From Nonlabens ponticola (GTDB taxonomy: Bacteria; Bacteroidota; Bacteroidia; Flavobacteriales; Flavobacteriaceae): a DNA stretch of 32,000 nt. Below, in pieces: positions 9,901 to 18,029 of this stretch (the first letter of the stretch is position 1; every line of letters begins with the position of its first letter). Position numbers and translations under genes: made by a program. The DNA lies in the NCBI RefSeq assembly GCF_003966335.1, contig NZ_CP034549.1, positions 1,890,001-1,922,000 of the forward strand, written 5' to 3'. The notes below the pieces were generated by a model. It saw only the letters and a list, made by a program, of their open reading frames with translations. It was not told the origin of the DNA and did no database searches.

Positions 9901-11660
9901 TCATTTCTAACAATATGGCAACTGGAGTACAAGGTTCTGGTGGTGGTATTTTAATGGCCACAGGAACTACACTAACAATCAATGGTAGTGAAGCTAGTCC
10001 GGTAGAAATCAATAACAACAGCGCCAGTAGAGCTGGTGGTGGTATTGAAGACTGGACGTTGGACACAAACTCAAACACACTTACCAACGTTAATTTTACA
10101 GGTAATTCTGTAGGACTAGATGTTGATAGTGACAGTGATAGCGATACTGGTTTTACCGCAAACGGTGGTCCTGGTAACGGTGGTGCGATTCACGTCACTG
10201 GCCCAGGAAGCAATACGATTACAAATGCATCTGTTGACGGTAATCTAGCGGCTGCCGAAGGTGGTGGTTTCTGGAATGGATCTGGTACCATGACGGTATC
10301 TGACAGTGACTTTAACGCCAACATCGCTTCCGGTGATGCTGCAGACAATGGTGGTGGTGCATTATTCAATAACGGTGGTACCATGAATATTGAAAACGTT
10401 GAGGCCACGGGAAATCTCGCTAATGGAGCATCTGGTTCTGGTGGTGCTTTTTTCAGTACTAATGGGCTAATAGAAATGGAGAATGTATCCTTTACTGGAA
10501 ACTCAGCCAATAGAGCTGGTGGAGCCATTGAGGTTATTGATGGTCAGGTTAATATCAATAATTCAGATATTTCTGGTAATGACGTCAATGGAACAGCTGG
10601 AACGGCTGCTCCTGGTAATGGCGGCGCGCTGCATATAAGTGGTAGCACAGATGTGACTATTGAAAACAGTACGATTAACAATAATGTTGCTGCATCAGAA
10701 GGTGGCGCGTTGTGGAATCAAAGAAATAGCACACTAACTGTTATCAACTCGACTCTAGATGGCAATAGTACAGAAGGTACAGCGGCAGATACTGGTGGTG
10801 GTGCAATTTTTAACAACGGTGGTGATACAGAGGTACTCAATAGTACTATCTCAAACAACACCAGTGCCTCAAACGGTGGTGGTATATCCAATCAGGAAGG
10901 AGACCTTACGGTTGACCTATCAACGATTGCTCAAAACGAAGCTACCCTAGATGGTGGTGGAATTTACAACGCTGGCTCTAGTGCTACTTTGAGAGCTGTC
11001 ACAGTAGGTCGTAATACGGCTGGTGGTACTGGTGGTGGACTAGCGTCTGATGCTGGTATCTTTACTATCAACAGTACTTTGGTTGCTGAAAATGAAGCAT
11101 CTTCTGATTTCAATGTCTCTCGAGTTACATCTGCTGATTATAACTTGATTGAAATTGATGACCTAGGCAGCTTTACCGCGATGTCAAATGATATTGTGGG
11201 TAGTGTTGAGGATCCAGAATTTGGTTCTCTAGGCGAACTGCAAGATAATGGTGGCGACAATTTCACGCTAGCCTTGCTTAACGGTACCAGAGCTCAAGAC
11301 GCTGGTGATCCATCGTTGACATTCAACGATCAGATAGGACAAGCTAATTTTGGAGCACGCGATATAGGTTCTTTTGAATCTCAAGCTACCTTATCGATTG
11401 ATGAAGTAGGTAGTGCGCTCGCAGGATTGAGACTTTATCCTAATCCTAGCATCGATGGTCAGGTAAGCATTGAATTGCCTGTACAATTAGATACTACAGC
11501 TTCTTATCAAGTGATAGATATGACAGGAAAGCAGATTCAGGCAAATAGTCTACAATCTGGTGTAAATAACCTACAGCTAGGTAATCTAGCAACTGGAATT
11601 TACATCGTGCGCATCAATGCAGCCAATCAATCCCAAAGCTTGAAATTGATCAAGAAATAA
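6939..11660 (+). CDS. Giant secreted/cell-surface beta-helix repeat protein (PMP-type GGA[IL]...N repeats, choice-of-anchor-Q-like tail) with a T9SS C-terminal sorting domain; putative adhesin
   Basis: There is an N-terminal signal peptide (MKKNTSKLLTFLFVVFVSAGLQAQ). Dozens of Gly/Asn/Thr-rich GGAI/GGGL...N repeat turns follow. A LQDNGGDNFTLALLNGTRAQDAGDP motif lies near the end. The last ~77 aa (LYPNPS...GIYIVRINA...LKLIKK) match the Por/T9SS CTD pattern. Confidence 0.9.
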   Translation: MKKNTSKLLTFLFVVFVSAGLQAQVVTKTVDDNTDGTLRNEIADAGIGGTVTFDPSIAGQTINVTQGPIEVGTLGNISIEGLNGESRTTIAGTSSNRIFNIDATVASIINLSDLNFTSGTASSGGAIQVSGATTVLNLNNTDFTGNTATGNAATEGGGAIFNNGAVVNVSGSSQFESNAATGTAGSGGAILNSSAGVLSIDGATFNLNSSQRAGGAIEDNANSGAVIVVDNSTFSSNNAGSSPGNGGALHITGSSSYTFNGGLIDANIAGKEGGGLWNGSGVLTINGATISNNDAQGDLVPADATAGTSVQIVGGGGIFANDGPGSVVINEGTIISNNVATGVQGSGGGILMATGTTLTINGSGDNPVEINNNSASRAGGGIEDWSLDANANTLTNVNFSGNTAGADATGFTANGGPGNGGAIHVTGPGDNVITGGTVDGNTAANEGGGFWNGSGTMSVSGTTITNNIAAGNDTEVAGAAGGGGLFNEGGTLNVTNNTTVSNNSATGAQSTGGGILNAAGVLVVSDSEISGNESNRAGGGIETNGDSSVELNNVTLDSNFTGVVTGMGAPGNGGGLHVSGAAPVTINGGTVNNNIAAKEGGGLWNNQGVMTINGTTISGNDARGDLVPADATAGTSVQIVGGGGIFAEDGNGSVVINEGTVIANNVATGVQGSGGGILMATGTTLTINGSEASPVEINNNSASRAGGGIEDWSLSANENTMTNVNFSGNTVGVDATDFTANGGPGNGGAIHVTGPGDNVITGGTVDGNTAANEGGGFWNGSGTMSVSGTTIINNIAAGNDTEVAGAAGGGGLFNEGGTLNVTNNTTVSNNSATGAQSTGGGILNAAGVLVVSDSEISSNESNRAGGGIETNGESSVELNNVTLDSNFTGVVTGMGAPGNGGGLHVSGAAPVTINGGTVNNNIAAKEGGGLWNNQGVMTINGTTISSNDARGDLVPADATAGTSVQIVGGGGIFAEDGAGSVVINEGTVISNNMATGVQGSGGGILMATGTTLTINGSEASPVEINNNSASRAGGGIEDWTLDTNSNTLTNVNFTGNSVGLDVDSDSDSDTGFTANGGPGNGGAIHVTGPGSNTITNASVDGNLAAAEGGGFWNGSGTMTVSDSDFNANIASGDAADNGGGALFNNGGTMNIENVEATGNLANGASGSGGAFFSTNGLIEMENVSFTGNSANRAGGAIEVIDGQVNINNSDISGNDVNGTAGTAAPGNGGALHISGSTDVTIENSTINNNVAASEGGALWNQRNSTLTVINSTLDGNSTEGTAADTGGGAIFNNGGDTEVLNSTISNNTSASNGGGISNQEGDLTVDLSTIAQNEATLDGGGIYNAGSSATLRAVTVGRNTAGGTGGGLASDAGIFTINSTLVAENEASSDFNVSRVTSADYNLIEIDDLGSFTAMSNDIVGSVEDPEFGSLGELQDNGGDNFTLALLNGTRAQDAGDPSLTFNDQIGQANFGARDIGSFESQATLSIDEVGSALAGLRLYPNPSIDGQVSIELPVQLDTTASYQVIDMTGKQIQANSLQSGVNNLQLGNLATGIYIVRINAANQSQSLKLIKK
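7662..10780 (+). repeat. In-frame tandem repeat, period 981 bp (327 aa), about 3.2 units, inside the adhesin gene
   Basis: The anchor GDLVPADATAGTSVQIVGGGG starts at 7827, 8808 and 9789, an exact 981-nt spacing. Units 1 and 2 differ at roughly 15-20 of 327 aa by eye. A 240-nt stretch compared by hand (8161-8400 vs 9142-9381) had about 9 mismatches. The outer edges are degenerate, so the end coordinates are approximate. Confidence 0.9.
11427..11657 (+). other. T9SS (Por) C-terminal sorting domain of the adhesin
   Basis: The sequence is LRLYPNPSIDGQVSIELP...TGIYIVRINAANQSQSLKLIKK at the extreme C-terminus. This is the pattern known for TIGR04183-type CTDs. Confidence 0.75.
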
Positions 11661-11680
11661 GATTAATTATTTTTAAAAAC

Positions 11681-11714
11681 AAAGCCCATTCTGGTAATCA
11701 GAATGGGCTTTTTT
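11681..11714 (+). terminator. Rho-independent terminator of the adhesin gene
   Basis: Perfect 13-bp stem (aaagcccattctg / cagaatgggcttt) with a 5-nt loop, followed by a T-run. It starts 21 nt after the stop. Confidence 0.85.
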
Positions 11715-11783
11715 ATACACCATTTTGCAGTAAGGCTATAACGACTCTCAATGTAGGTTGTTGTTGACGCCAGTTTATCATTA

Positions 11784-11805
11784 TTACGCTTTCGCGAAAG
11801 CGTTA
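11784..11805. repeat. Palindromic intergenic element, copy 3 (TTACGCTTTCGCGAAAGCGTTA)
   Basis: Perfect 18-nt core. The flank aagtggtg lies on the minus-strand 5' side. It sits 18 nt downstream of the clpB stop, between convergent genes. Confidence 0.85.
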
Positions 11806-11822
11806 CACCACTTATCCTAGTG

Positions 11823-14432
11823 CTATTCTACATCTACTGTTTTGTTCTCATTCCTAAAAACAATCTGGTTTTCAAAGGCATCAATAAGGATCACATCTTC
11901 AGAATTTATTTCGCCTGCAAGAATCTTCTTGGAAAGCTCGTTGAGTATTAGCTTTTGTAGTACGCGCTTTACAGGTCTTGCACCATATTGTGGTTCGTAA
12001 CCATTCCTCGCCAATAGTTGAACAGCTTCTTGCGTGGTGTCAATCACAATGCCTTGTTGATTTAGCATTCTTGCAACTCCTTTTACTTGCAATTCTACAA
12101 TCTGCTCAATCTCATTCTTATTGAGTGGCGTGAACATCACGATATCATCAATCCTATTGATGAATTCTGGTCGCACTCGCTGTTTTAGGGCGCCTACTAC
12201 TTCAATCTTAGTAGCTTCAATGACTGACTCAATGTTTCCCTCAAAGTTTTCAAACTTCTCTTGTATGATTTCAGCACCCATGTTGGAGGTCATGATGATG
12301 ATGGCGTTCTTGAAATCTGCCACACGGCCTTTATTATCAGTAAGCCGTCCTTCATCCAGTACTTGCAATAAAATGTTGAAGGTGTCAGGATGTGCCTTTT
12401 CTATCTCGTCCAGCAACACTACTGAATACGGTTTGCGACGCACAGCCTCAGTCAACTGGCCGCCTTCGTCATACCCAACATATCCTGGTGGCGCACCTAC
12501 TAGACGGCTCACGCTGTGACGTTCTTGATACTCGCTCATATCAATACGTGTCATCGCATTGTCATCATTGAAAAGATAATCTGCAAGGGCTTTAGCAAGC
12601 TCGGTTTTTCCAACACCGGTAGTACCTAGGAAAAGGAACGAGCCAACGGGCTTTTTCTGATCCTGTAAACCAGCGCGACTGCGTCTTACGGCATCACTTA
12701 CAGCAGCAATCGCTTCTTCCTGACCCACTACACGCTTGTGTAATTCATCTTCAAGTTTCAATAGCTTTTCTCGCTCGCTTTGTAGCATTTTAGTGACTGG
12801 TATGCCAGTCCATTTAGCTACCACCTCGGCGATATCATCATAGGTAACTTCTTCTTGTACCAAAGCTGTTTCCTGATCAGTATCTGCAACCTGTTGTTGC
12901 AGATTTTCTAATTTCTCCTGACTTTCTTTGATTTTACCATAACGCAGCTCTGCTACCTTACCGTAGTCACCATCACGTTCTGCTCTTTCGGCTTCTGCTT
13001 TATAGGTCTCGATATCGGTCTTGACCGCTTGAATGTTGTCAATAACTTCCTTTTCATTTTCCCATTGTGCGTTGAGCTCGTTGCGCTGTTCCTTGAGATT
13101 TGCTAGTTCACTGTGTAGCGTCTTGAGTTTGACCTCATCCTTTTCACGCTTTATGGCCTCAATTTCAATCTCGATTTGCATGATCTTGCGATCCAACACA
13201 TCCAATTCTTCAGGCTTGGAATTAATTTCCATACGTAGTTTTGCTGCAGCCTCATCCATCAAGTCAATCGCTTTATCTGGCAAGAATCGACTTGTAATGT
13301 ATCGCTGTGATAATTCTACCGCACCTATGATAGCGTCGTCCTTAATACGCACCTTGTGGTGTGTCTCATATTTATCCTTGATACCACGCAGAATGGATAT
13401 GGCGCTTTCAGTATCTGGTTCATTTACCTGAACCTTCTGGAAGCGGCGTTCCAAAGCCTTGTCTTTCTCAAAGTACTTCTGGTACTCGTCTAGGGTAGTG
13501 GCACCTATGGCTCTAAGCTCGCCTCGAGCCAGTGCAGGTTTCAGGATATTTGCCGCATCCATCGCACCTTGACCACCACCAGCACCTACTAGTGTGTGAA
13601 TCTCATCGATAAATAATACGATGTCGCCATCGCTACCAGTTACCTCTTTGATAACCGCTTTTAATCTTTCTTCAAACTCACCTTTATATTTTGCTCCAGC
13701 GATGAGCGCTCCCATATCAAGAGAGAAGATCTGCTTATTTTTTAGATTTTCAGGAACATCACCAGCGACAATACGGTGTGCAAGACCTTCAGCAATGGCA
13801 GTCTTACCTACACCAGGTTCACCTACCAGCATAGGATTGTTCTTTGTTCTCCTTGAAAGGATCTGTAATATCCTACGTATTTCTTCATCACGACCTATAA
13901 CTGGATCTAGTTTGCCTTGATCAGCCAGCTGATTCAGATTTTTGGCATATTTAGAAAGGCTATTGTAGGTTTCCTCTGCGCTTTGTGAGGTCACCTTGTT
14001 TCCTTGTCTCAATTCTTCAATGGCTTTTTCCAGTTCTTTGATTTTTAGACCTTGATCTTTTAGTATTTGGGCAGTTTTTGACTTGCCATCTACCATACTC
14101 AAAAGCAAATGTTCAATCGACACAAACTCATCACCCATCTTATTGGCGAGTGACATTGCGTTATTTATGACACGACTTGTTTCTCTTGACATTTGAAGAT
14201 CACCACCTTCTACAGTAGGCAGAGATTTGATTTGGCTATCCAATAGATTGGAAACTAAACCTAGATTGATATTCAACTTTTTAAATAAAAATGTAATAAC
14301 ATTCTCATCGACCATCGTGATGGCCTTAAGTAAATGTGAATTCTCAATCTGTGCTTGTTTATTCTCTTGTGCAAGTTGCTGCGCTTGTTGTATCGCTTCT
14401 TGCGATTTTATAGTTAGATTATTTATGTTCAT
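11823..14432 (-). CDS. clpB: ATP-dependent chaperone/disaggregase ClpB
   Basis: 869 aa with a Clp N-domain and two AAA+ modules ([15 protein letters not shown]; [15 protein letters not shown]). A long coiled-coil M-domain lies between them, and the RP.RRVIQ-like C-terminal signature is present (RPVKRVLQ). Confidence 0.95.
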   Translation of the reverse strand: MNINNLTIKSQEAIQQAQQLAQENKQAQIENSHLLKAITMVDENVITFLFKKLNINLGLVSNLLDSQIKSLPTVEGGDLQMSRETSRVINNAMSLANKMGDEFVSIEHLLLSMVDGKSKTAQILKDQGLKIKELEKAIEELRQGNKVTSQSAEETYNSLSKYAKNLNQLADQGKLDPVIGRDEEIRRILQILSRRTKNNPMLVGEPGVGKTAIAEGLAHRIVAGDVPENLKNKQIFSLDMGALIAGAKYKGEFEERLKAVIKEVTGSDGDIVLFIDEIHTLVGAGGGQGAMDAANILKPALARGELRAIGATTLDEYQKYFEKDKALERRFQKVQVNEPDTESAISILRGIKDKYETHHKVRIKDDAIIGAVELSQRYITSRFLPDKAIDLMDEAAAKLRMEINSKPEELDVLDRKIMQIEIEIEAIKREKDEVKLKTLHSELANLKEQRNELNAQWENEKEVIDNIQAVKTDIETYKAEAERAERDGDYGKVAELRYGKIKESQEKLENLQQQVADTDQETALVQEEVTYDDIAEVVAKWTGIPVTKMLQSEREKLLKLEDELHKRVVGQEEAIAAVSDAVRRSRAGLQDQKKPVGSFLFLGTTGVGKTELAKALADYLFNDDNAMTRIDMSEYQERHSVSRLVGAPPGYVGYDEGGQLTEAVRRKPYSVVLLDEIEKAHPDTFNILLQVLDEGRLTDNKGRVADFKNAIIIMTSNMGAEIIQEKFENFEGNIESVIEATKIEVVGALKQRVRPEFINRIDDIVMFTPLNKNEIEQIVELQVKGVARMLNQQGIVIDTTQEAVQLLARNGYEPQYGARPVKRVLQKLILNELSKKILAGEINSEDVILIDAFENQIVFRNENKTVDVE

Positions 14433-14550
14433 AGTTTTCAGTTTTACAGTCAGGCTAAGTCAATTCATGTACCAATTCTTGACTTGTCAAAAAGTCATAT
14501 TTTTATCTTAAAAATACTGACAGATTGACTGTTTATTAAACTATTAGCAT

Positions 14551-14578
14551 TTGTGACGTCGTGCTATAACTATATTTG
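14551..14578 (+). promoter_or_regulatory. Candidate promoter for ytxJ-M48 (TTG at 14551-14553 plus TATATTTG at 14571-14578)
   Basis: Exact TAnnTTTG match 21 nt upstream of the ATG at 14600. A TTG lies 17 nt upstream of the box. The box overlaps the TTG codon at 14576 used by the ORF track, which argues against that start. Confidence 0.45.
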
Positions 14579-14599
14579 TTTATCAAAATTGACGATTTT

Positions 14600-14995
14600 A
14601 TGGGTCTCATGGATAAGTTATTTAGGTCTCAGCGAGATATTGCTAAAGACGATCTTGAAGGTATCATTTGGGAACCTCTGGAATCAATTGATCAATTTCA
14701 TAATCTAGTTCGCAACTCAAAGCTCAAGAAAAAGGTAATCTTTAAACACAGCACGCGCTGTGGTATATCGCGAATGGCTCTTAATTCTTTTGAGCGCAAT
14801 TACGTTCCTAAAGATCAAAATGTCACATACTACTTACTTGATCTTTTAGAAAACAGAGATGTAAGCAACGCCATTGCAGAAGAGCTTAACGTGACACATC
14901 AATCACCGCAAGTGATCATATTAGACAACGAGCAAGTGATACATACCGAAAGTCATCACGGCATCGACATTAAAAAAATTCAAGAATTACTATAA
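14600..14995 (+). CDS. ytxJ: YtxJ-type bacillithiol-system redox protein (monothiol thioredoxin-like, DUF2847)
   Basis: The motif FKHSTRCGISRMAL (T-x-C-x-I-S) and the block VTHQSPQVIILDNEQVIHTESHHGI are typical of YtxJ. The ATG at 14600 is preferred over the TTG at 14576. Confidence 0.7.
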   Translation: MGLMDKLFRSQRDIAKDDLEGIIWEPLESIDQFHNLVRNSKLKKKVIFKHSTRCGISRMALNSFERNYVPKDQNVTYYLLDLLENRDVSNAIAEELNVTHQSPQVIILDNEQVIHTESHHGIDIKKIQELL

Positions 14996-14999
14996 AATA

Positions 15000-15833
15000 A
15001 TGACTATGAAAATTACCCGTATATCACTAGTAGCAGCCATGTTGCTGCTGTTTTCTTGTAAGACAAATGTCTTTACAGGAGAACGTACTTTAAACTTTGT
15101 CTCTAACGAGCAAATTTTTCCAGCTGCCTTTGCTCAATATGATCAAGTATTAGAGCAAAGTACGGTAGAGAGAGAAACCGCCGAGGCAAGAATGGTAAAA
15201 AGAGTAGGTCAAAATATAAAGGTAGCAGCAGAGCGTTGGTTGAATGCCTTGGGACATCCTGAATATTTAGATGGATATAACTGGGAATACAATCTCATCA
15301 AGGATGATCAAGTCAACGCTTGGGCCATGCCAGGTGGTAAAATTGCCTTTTACACAGGAATCCTTCCTATCGCTCAAGAAGAAACAGGCGTTGCGGTAAT
15401 TATGGGACATGAGGTAGCTCACGCACTAGCAAATCACGGTGCACAGCGTATGAGTAGACAACAAGCGGCATCTATCGTAGGTACTGGTGTTGCGGTAGCT
15501 GCTAGCGGTCGCAGCCAGACTACACAACAAATTATCGGACAAGCCTATGGACTAGGTGCACAATATGGTGCAATTCTTCCTTTCTCAAGAAAAAACGAGC
15601 AGGAAGCAGATAAAATAGGTTTGATTTTAACAGCAATAGCAGGTTATGATCCTGATGAAGGCGCGAGATTGTGGGAACGTATGAAAGCAAATTCAGCTCA
15701 AAATGGTCAAGAGGCACCGCCGGAATTTCTAAGCACGCACCCTTCTTATGATACTCGCATTCAGAATTTGAGAAAGTTAGCACCAATTGCCAAAGCAGAA
15801 GCAGCGAAATATGGAGTGACAACTTTCAAGTAG
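15000..15833 (+). CDS. M48-family zinc metallopeptidase lipoprotein
   Basis: It has a signal peptide with a lipobox (LLLFSC) and an HEXXH motif (GHEVAHALANH) with a downstream E (NEQEADKIG). It starts 4 nt after the ytxJ stop, so the two are probably co-transcribed. Confidence 0.85.
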   Translation: MTMKITRISLVAAMLLLFSCKTNVFTGERTLNFVSNEQIFPAAFAQYDQVLEQSTVERETAEARMVKRVGQNIKVAAERWLNALGHPEYLDGYNWEYNLIKDDQVNAWAMPGGKIAFYTGILPIAQEETGVAVIMGHEVAHALANHGAQRMSRQQAASIVGTGVAVAASGRSQTTQQIIGQAYGLGAQYGAILPFSRKNEQEADKIGLILTAIAGYDPDEGARLWERMKANSAQNGQEAPPEFLSTHPSYDTRIQNLRKLAPIAKAEAAKYGVTTFK

Positions 15834-15855
15834 TAGCTCTAATTGCATTACATTT

Positions 15856-15884
15856 AAAGGGTTCTTAACAAGAACCCTTTTTTT
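15856..15884 (+). terminator. Rho-independent terminator after the M48 gene
   Basis: 10-bp stem (aaagggttct / agaacccttt) with a 5-nt loop. The T-run extends right up to the ATG of the next gene. Confidence 0.7.
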
Positions 15885-17198
15885 ATGAAACAATATCTAC
15901 CTAAAGGACATCCTAGACTGCTAGGAGCGTGGGCATTTTATGATTGGGCCAATAGTGTTTATTCGCTAGTTATAGCTAGTGCCATATTTCCTATTTATTA
16001 CAGTGGTATCAGTAAAGCGGCCTTTGAACAAGGTAACGTCCCAGCGATCCTAGCTAATGTAAATAATGAGAGCATCATTATTGTTACCACAGCGATTGCC
16101 TTCGCGATTGTTAGTATTATTTCACCCATTTTATCTGGTGTTGCAGATTACTCAGGGAACAAGAAACTGTTTTTAAAACTCTTTTGCTATTTAGGTGGAT
16201 TGTCAAGTATTGCATTGGCGTTTTTCTCATTTGATTATTTATTTGCTAGTCTGGCGGTCTATCTTTTGGCATTGGTTGGTTTTTGGGGTTCGCTAGTTTT
16301 TTACAATAGTTATTTACCTGACGTTGCGCATCCTGAACAACAAGATGCAGTGAGTGCGCGAGGATTTTCTATGGGTTATATAGGTAGCGTAATTTTGTTA
16401 GTCATTTGTCTGGTCCTCATTGAAGGCGGCATTTTTGAAGATCAAGTGTTACCCACTCAAATTTCTTTTGTTTTGGTAGGCGTCTGGTGGATGGGATTTG
16501 CGCAATACACCTATAAATACTTACCCAAAGGCACAAAAAAAGATCGCTCTCAAGTAAAGAATGTTTGGACCAACGGCTTTAAGGAATTGAAGCACATATG
16601 GAAACAATTATCTGCCAACCTGCAGATGAAAAGATATCTAGGCGCATTCTTTATTTACAGTATGGCGGTTCAAACAGTGATGCTTGTTGCTACCTATTTT
16701 GGGACTGAAGAAGTCGCTTGGGGTCCAGATGGCGCCACCATGGGTTTGATTATCTCTATACTACTCATACAGCTGGTTGCCATTGTAGGAGCATGGCTCG
16801 CTAGTAAGCTTTCGCGAAAGCTAGGAAACATCAAAACACTTATTGCAATTAATATAATCTGGGCTCTGGTATGCATCTATGGTTATTATGTAGTCTCGCC
16901 CATACAGTTTTATATCACAGCTGGTTTTGTGGGTCTCGTAATGGGTTCTATTCAATCATTGTCGCGTAGTACCTATTCCAAAATGATTCCTGAAGGCACC
17001 ACCGACACGGCGTCATACTTCAGTTTTTATGACGTTGCGGAGAAAATTGGGATCGTAATAGGTATGCTCATATTTGCCATAGTAGGTGAGGTGAGTGGTT
17101 CGATGCGCGGCAGCATATTGTTCCTAGTATTATTCTTTGTAATCGGAATTATCCTTCTTTATCGAGTTCCTAAAGTGAAAACTGGAAGCTCTATTTGA
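15885..17198 (+). CDS. MFS transporter, UMF1/Atg22-like family
   Basis: Polytopic membrane protein of about 12 TM. The N-terminus AWAFYDWANSVYSLVIASAIFPIYY is characteristic of the UMF1 (vacuole effluxer Atg22-like) family. Confidence 0.75.
   Translation: MKQYLPKGHPRLLGAWAFYDWANSVYSLVIASAIFPIYYSGISKAAFEQGNVPAILANVNNESIIIVTTAIAFAIVSIISPILSGVADYSGNKKLFLKLFCYLGGLSSIALAFFSFDYLFASLAVYLLALVGFWGSLVFYNSYLPDVAHPEQQDAVSARGFSMGYIGSVILLVICLVLIEGGIFEDQVLPTQISFVLVGVWWMGFAQYTYKYLPKGTKKDRSQVKNVWTNGFKELKHIWKQLSANLQMKRYLGAFFIYSMAVQTVMLVATYFGTEEVAWGPDGATMGLIISILLIQLVAIVGAWLASKLSRKLGNIKTLIAINIIWALVCIYGYYVVSPIQFYITAGFVGLVMGSIQSLSRSTYSKMIPEGTTDTASYFSFYDVAEKIGIVIGMLIFAIVGEVSGSMRGSILFLVLFFVIGIILLYRVPKVKTGSSI
16807..16822. 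repeat. In-CDS copy of the palindrome core (AGCTTTCGCGAAAGCT)
   Basis: Perfect 16-nt palindrome containing the 14-nt core GCTTTCGCGAAAGC. It encodes KLSRKL of the MFS transporter. Confidence 0.8.
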
Positions 17199-17958
17199 TA
17201 AATAGCCTCCTGATAGCTATAAAAACAAAGATAAACAGCGTCATACCTAAAATACCTGGTATAATCGCCTGCTGCCAGCCAGTCACAAGCAATAATGCCA
17301 TTAGCAATAGTTGAAATCCTAATCCATAAATCGATAAAGAAGTCATAAACCATTTAGGAAATGATTTGGTATGAACAGCTTCAGGATCCAACCAATGTAT
17401 AAATTGATCAAACGGCCCATAAAGCACATTGTAAATGCTGTGACATAAGTTGACCATTGACTGTTTCTCGCCTGGCAACGCAATGGGTTGCACCTCTTCT
17501 GAAATGCGGCTCGTAATATCGCCATTGACATTATTACGCAGTATTACATAATAGTAGTGATACAGCGTTCCTTGTAATTGTAAACCTATGAACGCCACGA
17601 GCGTCCAGATAATAGTCGATCCTGTTATTTGCATAAATGCCAATAGAAATAATAGATTCAAGATCAAATCTGCAATGGAATCAAAATACCTACCTACATA
17701 GGATGGCGTTTTCTTCAATCGAGCCAACTCACCATCTGCCGCATCTATTACAGATTTAAGAATCAAAAACAGGGCTGCTAGTACATAATCGCCATGCAGT
17801 ATGCAACCTATAGCGAATAGACCGCTTATGATGAATAAAACGGTCACATGAATAGGAGTGAATCGGGTATCCTGCAGCATGCGTGCGATCCATCGACCAC
17901 CAGGTCTACCGTAATCTGATAAATCTATAAAACGATACTGTGCAGGAAGTTTTGACAT
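17191..17958 (-). CDS. CDP-alcohol phosphatidyltransferase family protein
   Basis: The signature D-x2-DG-x2-AR-x8-G-x3-D-x3-D is present (DAADGELARLKKTPSYVGRYFDSIADLILN), in a multi-TM protein. The ATG at 17958 is preferred because the TTG at 17985 lies inside the predicted promoter box. The 3' end overlaps the MFS gene by 8 nt. Confidence 0.8.
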   Translation of the reverse strand: MSKLPAQYRFIDLSDYGRPGGRWIARMLQDTRFTPIHVTVLFIISGLFAIGCILHGDYVLAALFLILKSVIDAADGELARLKKTPSYVGRYFDSIADLILNLLFLLAFMQITGSTIIWTLVAFIGLQLQGTLYHYYYVILRNNVNGDITSRISEEVQPIALPGEKQSMVNLCHSIYNVLYGPFDQFIHWLDPEAVHTKSFPKWFMTSLSIYGLGFQLLLMALLLVTGWQQAIIPGILGMTLFIFVFIAIRRLFIK

Positions 17959-17982
17959 AAATAGTTGCGGTCTACGCGGTTG

Positions 17983-17990
17983 CAAAACTA
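17983..17990 (-). promoter_or_regulatory. Candidate -7 promoter box (TAGTTTTG on the minus strand) for the phosphatidyltransferase gene
   Basis: Exact TAnnTTTG match 24 nt upstream of the ATG at 17958. Confidence 0.4.
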
Positions 17991-18029
17991 AGGCTTTATC
18001 AGGTATGGATATTTACCAATAATATCAAT

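Noticed and set aside
7457-10528. Long minus-strand ORFs (7457-8125, 8207-8755, 9188-9736, 9737-10087, 10190-10528) encoding Pro-rich proteins with PPP runs
   Set aside because: They are the antisense image of the Gly-rich (GGT GGT GGT) adhesin gene. They repeat with the same 981-bp period and have no independent start context or recognisable domains. The plus-strand frame has a signal peptide, a coherent repeat architecture and a T9SS CTD.
7662-10780. Possibility that the regular repeats are a CRISPR array
   Set aside because: The period is 981 bp and the repeats are contiguous, with no short repeat/unique spacer alternation. The whole region is one open reading frame, and no cas genes are present.
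12121-13920. Plus-strand ORFs inside clpB (12121-12519, 13033-13431, 13621-13920), and similar antisense ORFs inside purL, lon, the ligase and the exonuclease genes
   Set aside because: All lie wholly within strongly supported genes on the opposite strand. Their translations are low-complexity Ser/Leu-rich sequences without motifs.
14433-14575. CIRCE/HrcA operator upstream of clpB
   Set aside because: No TTAGCACTC-N9-GAGTGCTAA-like inverted repeat is present. Only short TGAC/GTCA half-sites are seen, and these are reported separately at low interest.
14576-14599. TTG start at 14576 for ytxJ, as given by the ORF track
   Set aside because: The TTG lies inside the exact TATATTTG -7 box (14571-14578). 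A transcript from that promoter would start downstream of it, and the ATG at 14600 is the first start available.
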